A DNA stretch of 64,000 nt, taken from contig JAILDA010000022.1 in assembly GCA_024689865.1 (NCBI GenBank), forward strand, positions 2,244 through 66,243, in the 5' to 3' direction. Below, piece by piece: positions 62,010 through 64,000 of the stretch (the stretch's first letter is position 1; every line of letters begins with the position of its first letter). Origin of the DNA: Clostridia bacterium (lineage in GTDB: Bacteria > Bacillota > Clostridia > Peptostreptococcales > Anaerovoracaceae). The translations under genes and the position numbers were made by a program. Under the pieces are notes generated by a model. It saw only the letters and a list, made by a program, of their open reading frames with translations. It made no database searches and was not told the DNA's origin.

Positions 62010-62504
62010 ATGGCAGAGAAAAAGACGCTAAAGCAGATGCTTAAATTCATACTGGTAAGCCTTCTGGCGTCCGCCATACAGCTGGTATCGGTAAACGTGC
62101 TGTTCTTTCTGCTGCGCGGCTGGACGCCTCCGCTTCCGGGTTTTCTGGCGTCCATATTTTCCGAGCAGAGCGTAGGCGCGGGCAACTCCAACTGGGGCTA
62201 TGTGCTGCCGTTCTTCCTGTCCAATCTGCTGGCCAACGTAGTAGCTTACATACAAAACAAAAAGCGCACCTTCAGATCGGATGCGCCTAAACGTAATTTC
62301 GTCATATATCTTATAATTCTGTTCTGCCTGATACTGTTCTCCACCTGGCTGCAGGGCGTGGTGGCGGGCGCTTTGCTTGCAACTGAAAATCAGACGCTGC
62401 GGAATCTGGCGCCCACGGTGGCCATGGCATGCGCCGGAATGCTTCAGATGATAGTGCTCTTCCCGCTGGAGAAGTTCGTTCTGCTGAAGGAGAAGAAAGG
62501 CTGA
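62010..62504 (+). CDS. GtrA family membrane protein
   Basis: KFILVSLLASAIQLVSVNVLFFLL and four TM helices. Start set at 62010 (GGGAGA SD). Confidence 0.7.
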   Translation: MAEKKTLKQMLKFILVSLLASAIQLVSVNVLFFLLRGWTPPLPGFLASIFSEQSVGAGNSNWGYVLPFFLSNLLANVVAYIQNKKRTFRSDAPKRNFVIYLIILFCLILFSTWLQGVVAGALLATENQTLRNLAPTVAMACAGMLQMIVLFPLEKFVLLKEKKG

Positions 62505-62523
62505 AATTTCAACGCAAAATTAA

Positions 62524-62566
62524 AACGGCCTCCGGACACGAAAGCACCGGCGGCCGTATTTTATTG
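62524..62566. terminator. Hairpin terminator between convergent genes
   Basis: Outer stem ACGGCC/GGCCGT with an inner CCGG/CCGG pairing. ATTTTATT downstream. Confidence 0.6.
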
Positions 62567-62573
62567 CAGTTTT

Positions 62574-63110
62574 TTACTTAAGGTATTCTTCCGCGGCTGC
62601 GATTATGTCGTCCACGGCGGCAAGCGCTCCGCGTCCCACGTCGCCGCAGGCCAGAAGCGCCTCACGGGGCTCCACGAAGGTGAATCCCAGATCTTTAAGC
62701 GTCTGTATGTTGCGCTGTGTTACGGGGTTGTCGTACATCATGGTGTTCATGGCCGGGCACACTATTACCGGCTTGTTTATGAACGCCGTAAGCACGGTGG
62801 TAAGCATGTCGTCCGCTATGCCTGCCGCAGCCTTGGCGAGGAAATTCGCCGTCGCCGGCGCCACTATCATAAGGTCCGACGTCTTTGCCAGCGCTATGTG
62901 CTGCACTACGGAGGGATCGCTGTCGTCGAAAACGTCCGTGTGGACCTTGTTCTTGGTAAGAACCTGGAACGTGACCGGTGCGATAAGCTTCTGGGCCGAC
63001 TCCGTCATTACCGTATGCACGCTGAAGCCTTTCTTGGTAAGGCCGTTGGCTATGTCCGCCGCCTTGTAGGCCGCGATGCTTCCTGTTACTCCGAGTATTA
63101 CGTTTTTCAT
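62574..63110 (-). CDS. coaC: Phosphopantothenoylcysteine decarboxylase (stand-alone CoaC flavoprotein)
   Basis: GVTGSIAAYKA, PATANFLAKAAAGIADD and PAMNTMM motifs. Confidence 0.9.
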   Translation of the reverse strand: MKNVILGVTGSIAAYKAADIANGLTKKGFSVHTVMTESAQKLIAPVTFQVLTKNKVHTDVFDDSDPSVVQHIALAKTSDLMIVAPATANFLAKAAAGIADDMLTTVLTAFINKPVIVCPAMNTMMYDNPVTQRNIQTLKDLGFTFVEPREALLACGDVGRGALAAVDDIIAAAEEYLK

Positions 63111-63191
63111 GGCAGTTCCGCCTTTCTGTACGCCTGCTCCGGCCGGCTGGCCGACCGCAGTTTTCTGATCCTTAATTGCGCCGGCCGCAGT

Positions 63192-64000
63192 TTATTTCCA
63201 TGCTGCCGCGACTGCCGCAGCTATTCCTTTTGCTATCTCCGGTTTGCCGGTGAACGTTTCCACTTTGCCGCCGCGGGCCATAAGATGCCCGACGTGGCTC
63301 TGCGCGCCGCCCTGAACGGTCTGATAGTCGTTTGCAAGCACAAAGTCACAGTCGTTCTTTTCCATAAGCTTCTTGGCAACGCTTAAAAGCTCGTCGTGCG
63401 GCACCTCATCCAGAAGTTTGAATCCCACGATTATCGCGTCCGGCGCCAGCTGACGCAGCTCCGGGATGATCTTGGGCGTGGGCTCCAGGAGTATTACCGG
63501 GTTGCCGGCGCTGCTGGGGATCTTGTTGTACTTGTCCCTCAGATCCGCCTTCTTTGCCAGCTTAAGCAGGGCTTCCGCCTCCGACTGTTTGGCCTTAGCG
63601 GTCTTAGCCGCAGGCTTACCGGTCTGAACGTCCGGCAGGTAGTCGTAGGCCTTCGCAAGCTCCTCCGCGGTGGAGGCCTTGCTTATGCGCTCTTCTATTA
63701 CCTGCGACGCCAGCTTGTCCAGCTCGTCCTGCGAGGCGGTGCCGGCTATCTTAAGGGCTATCTTAAGCAGATCTTCCGCTTTTACCACCGCGCCGGTCCT
63801 GTAGTCGCTTACTGCCATGCTGTGTATGATGGCGTCCGGGGCGTACTGCGCACAGGCCTCGCGTACTGCTTTCTGCAGCGCGTCCGTGCTTGCGGCTTCT
63901 ATGCAGACTGCCTTCTGCGTCTTTGGCAGGACTGCATTCTTTCCGTGGATGTAAACTATGCGTTCCACGTTCCTTCTGCGCGCGAATTCGTCCGCGATAA
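63192..64000 (-). CDS. coaB: Phosphopantothenate--cysteine ligase (stand-alone CoaB), 5'-truncated by the window edge, with a Lys/Ala/Glu-rich insertion
   Basis: The frame stays open upstream of the track GTG to nt 64000 (IADEFARRRN). IHSMAVSDY, KIPSS, IVGFKL and VLANDY motifs. Confidence 0.85.
   Translation of the reverse strand, partial: IADEFARRRNVERIVYIHGKNAVLPKTQKAVCIEAASTDALQKAVREACAQYAPDAIIHSMAVSDYRTGAVVKAEDLLKIALKIAGTASQDELDKLASQVIEERISKASTAEELAKAYDYLPDVQTGKPAAKTAKAKQSEAEALLKLAKKADLRDKYNKIPSSAGNPVILLEPTPKIIPELRQLAPDAIIVGFKLLDEVPHDELLSVAKKLMEKNDCDFVLANDYQTVQGGAQSHVGHLMARGGKVETFTGKPEIAKGIAAAVAAAWK

Noticed and set aside
1-64000. Mobile genetic elements, prophage, a restriction-modification system or a known anti-phage defence system.
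   Set aside because: - No integrase, transposase, recombinase, reverse transcriptase, large ATPase/helicase/nuclease operon, terminal repeats of an IS, or tRNA integration site was recognised.
- The only methyltransferase (57247-58311) is a small-molecule/protein-type class I enzyme with no nuclease partner.
- The window looks like core chromosome apart from the low-GC patch at 1.7-4.2 kb.

Overview
A 64-kb chromosomal segment from what looks like a fairly high-GC Firmicutes/Clostridia genome. This placement is an inference from protein families such as GGGtGRT, DUF1846, DUF1934, DUF1667, LytTR two-component systems and M42 peptidase trios, and from extended -10 promoters. Coding density is high: I support 66 CDS. 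Both window edges cut genes, an M56 BlaR1-type transducer on the left and CoaB on the right.

Content is mostly housekeeping and cell-envelope functions:
- Housekeeping: rpsF-ssb-rpsR, ddl, ispE, trxA, cca, coaB/coaC, citrate synthase and chorismate mutase.
- Carbohydrate and glycerolipid: pullulanase, and a glycerophosphodiester/glycerol-3-phosphate module.
- Peptidases and regulators: four M42 peptidases, an ECF sigma/anti-sigma pair, a LytTR two-component system and XRE regulators.
- Envelope: several lipoproteins and transporters.

I found no rRNA, tRNA, CRISPR array, integrase, transposase, prophage or canonical defence system.

The most system-like non-canonical locus is a Dlt-like, carrier-protein-dependent acylation cluster at 44.4-51.3 kb. 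It has a divergently transcribed adenylating enzyme, an AlgI-sized MBOAT, a short SGNH/DltD-like protein with an apparent Cys at the nucleophile position, and a transglutaminase/Ig-like protein. Its control region contains a 166-bp element bounded by 22-bp inverted repeats.

Other items worth follow-up:
- a NifU-like + GGGtGRT gene pair
- an extreme His-rich protein next to trxA
- a lipoprotein built from six Cys/His-containing repeats
- a lipoprotein with 29 consecutive GX3 units
- a low-GC patch whose boundary lies inside the M56 ORF
- an 11-mer (AAATTTCAACG) recurring in intergenic regions
- two near-identical TGTGGTATAAT-N6-ATG gene starts that suggest leaderless mRNAs

Many long ORFs in the track are antisense shadows of real genes and were rejected. 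All functional calls come from motif recognition by eye; no database search was run.
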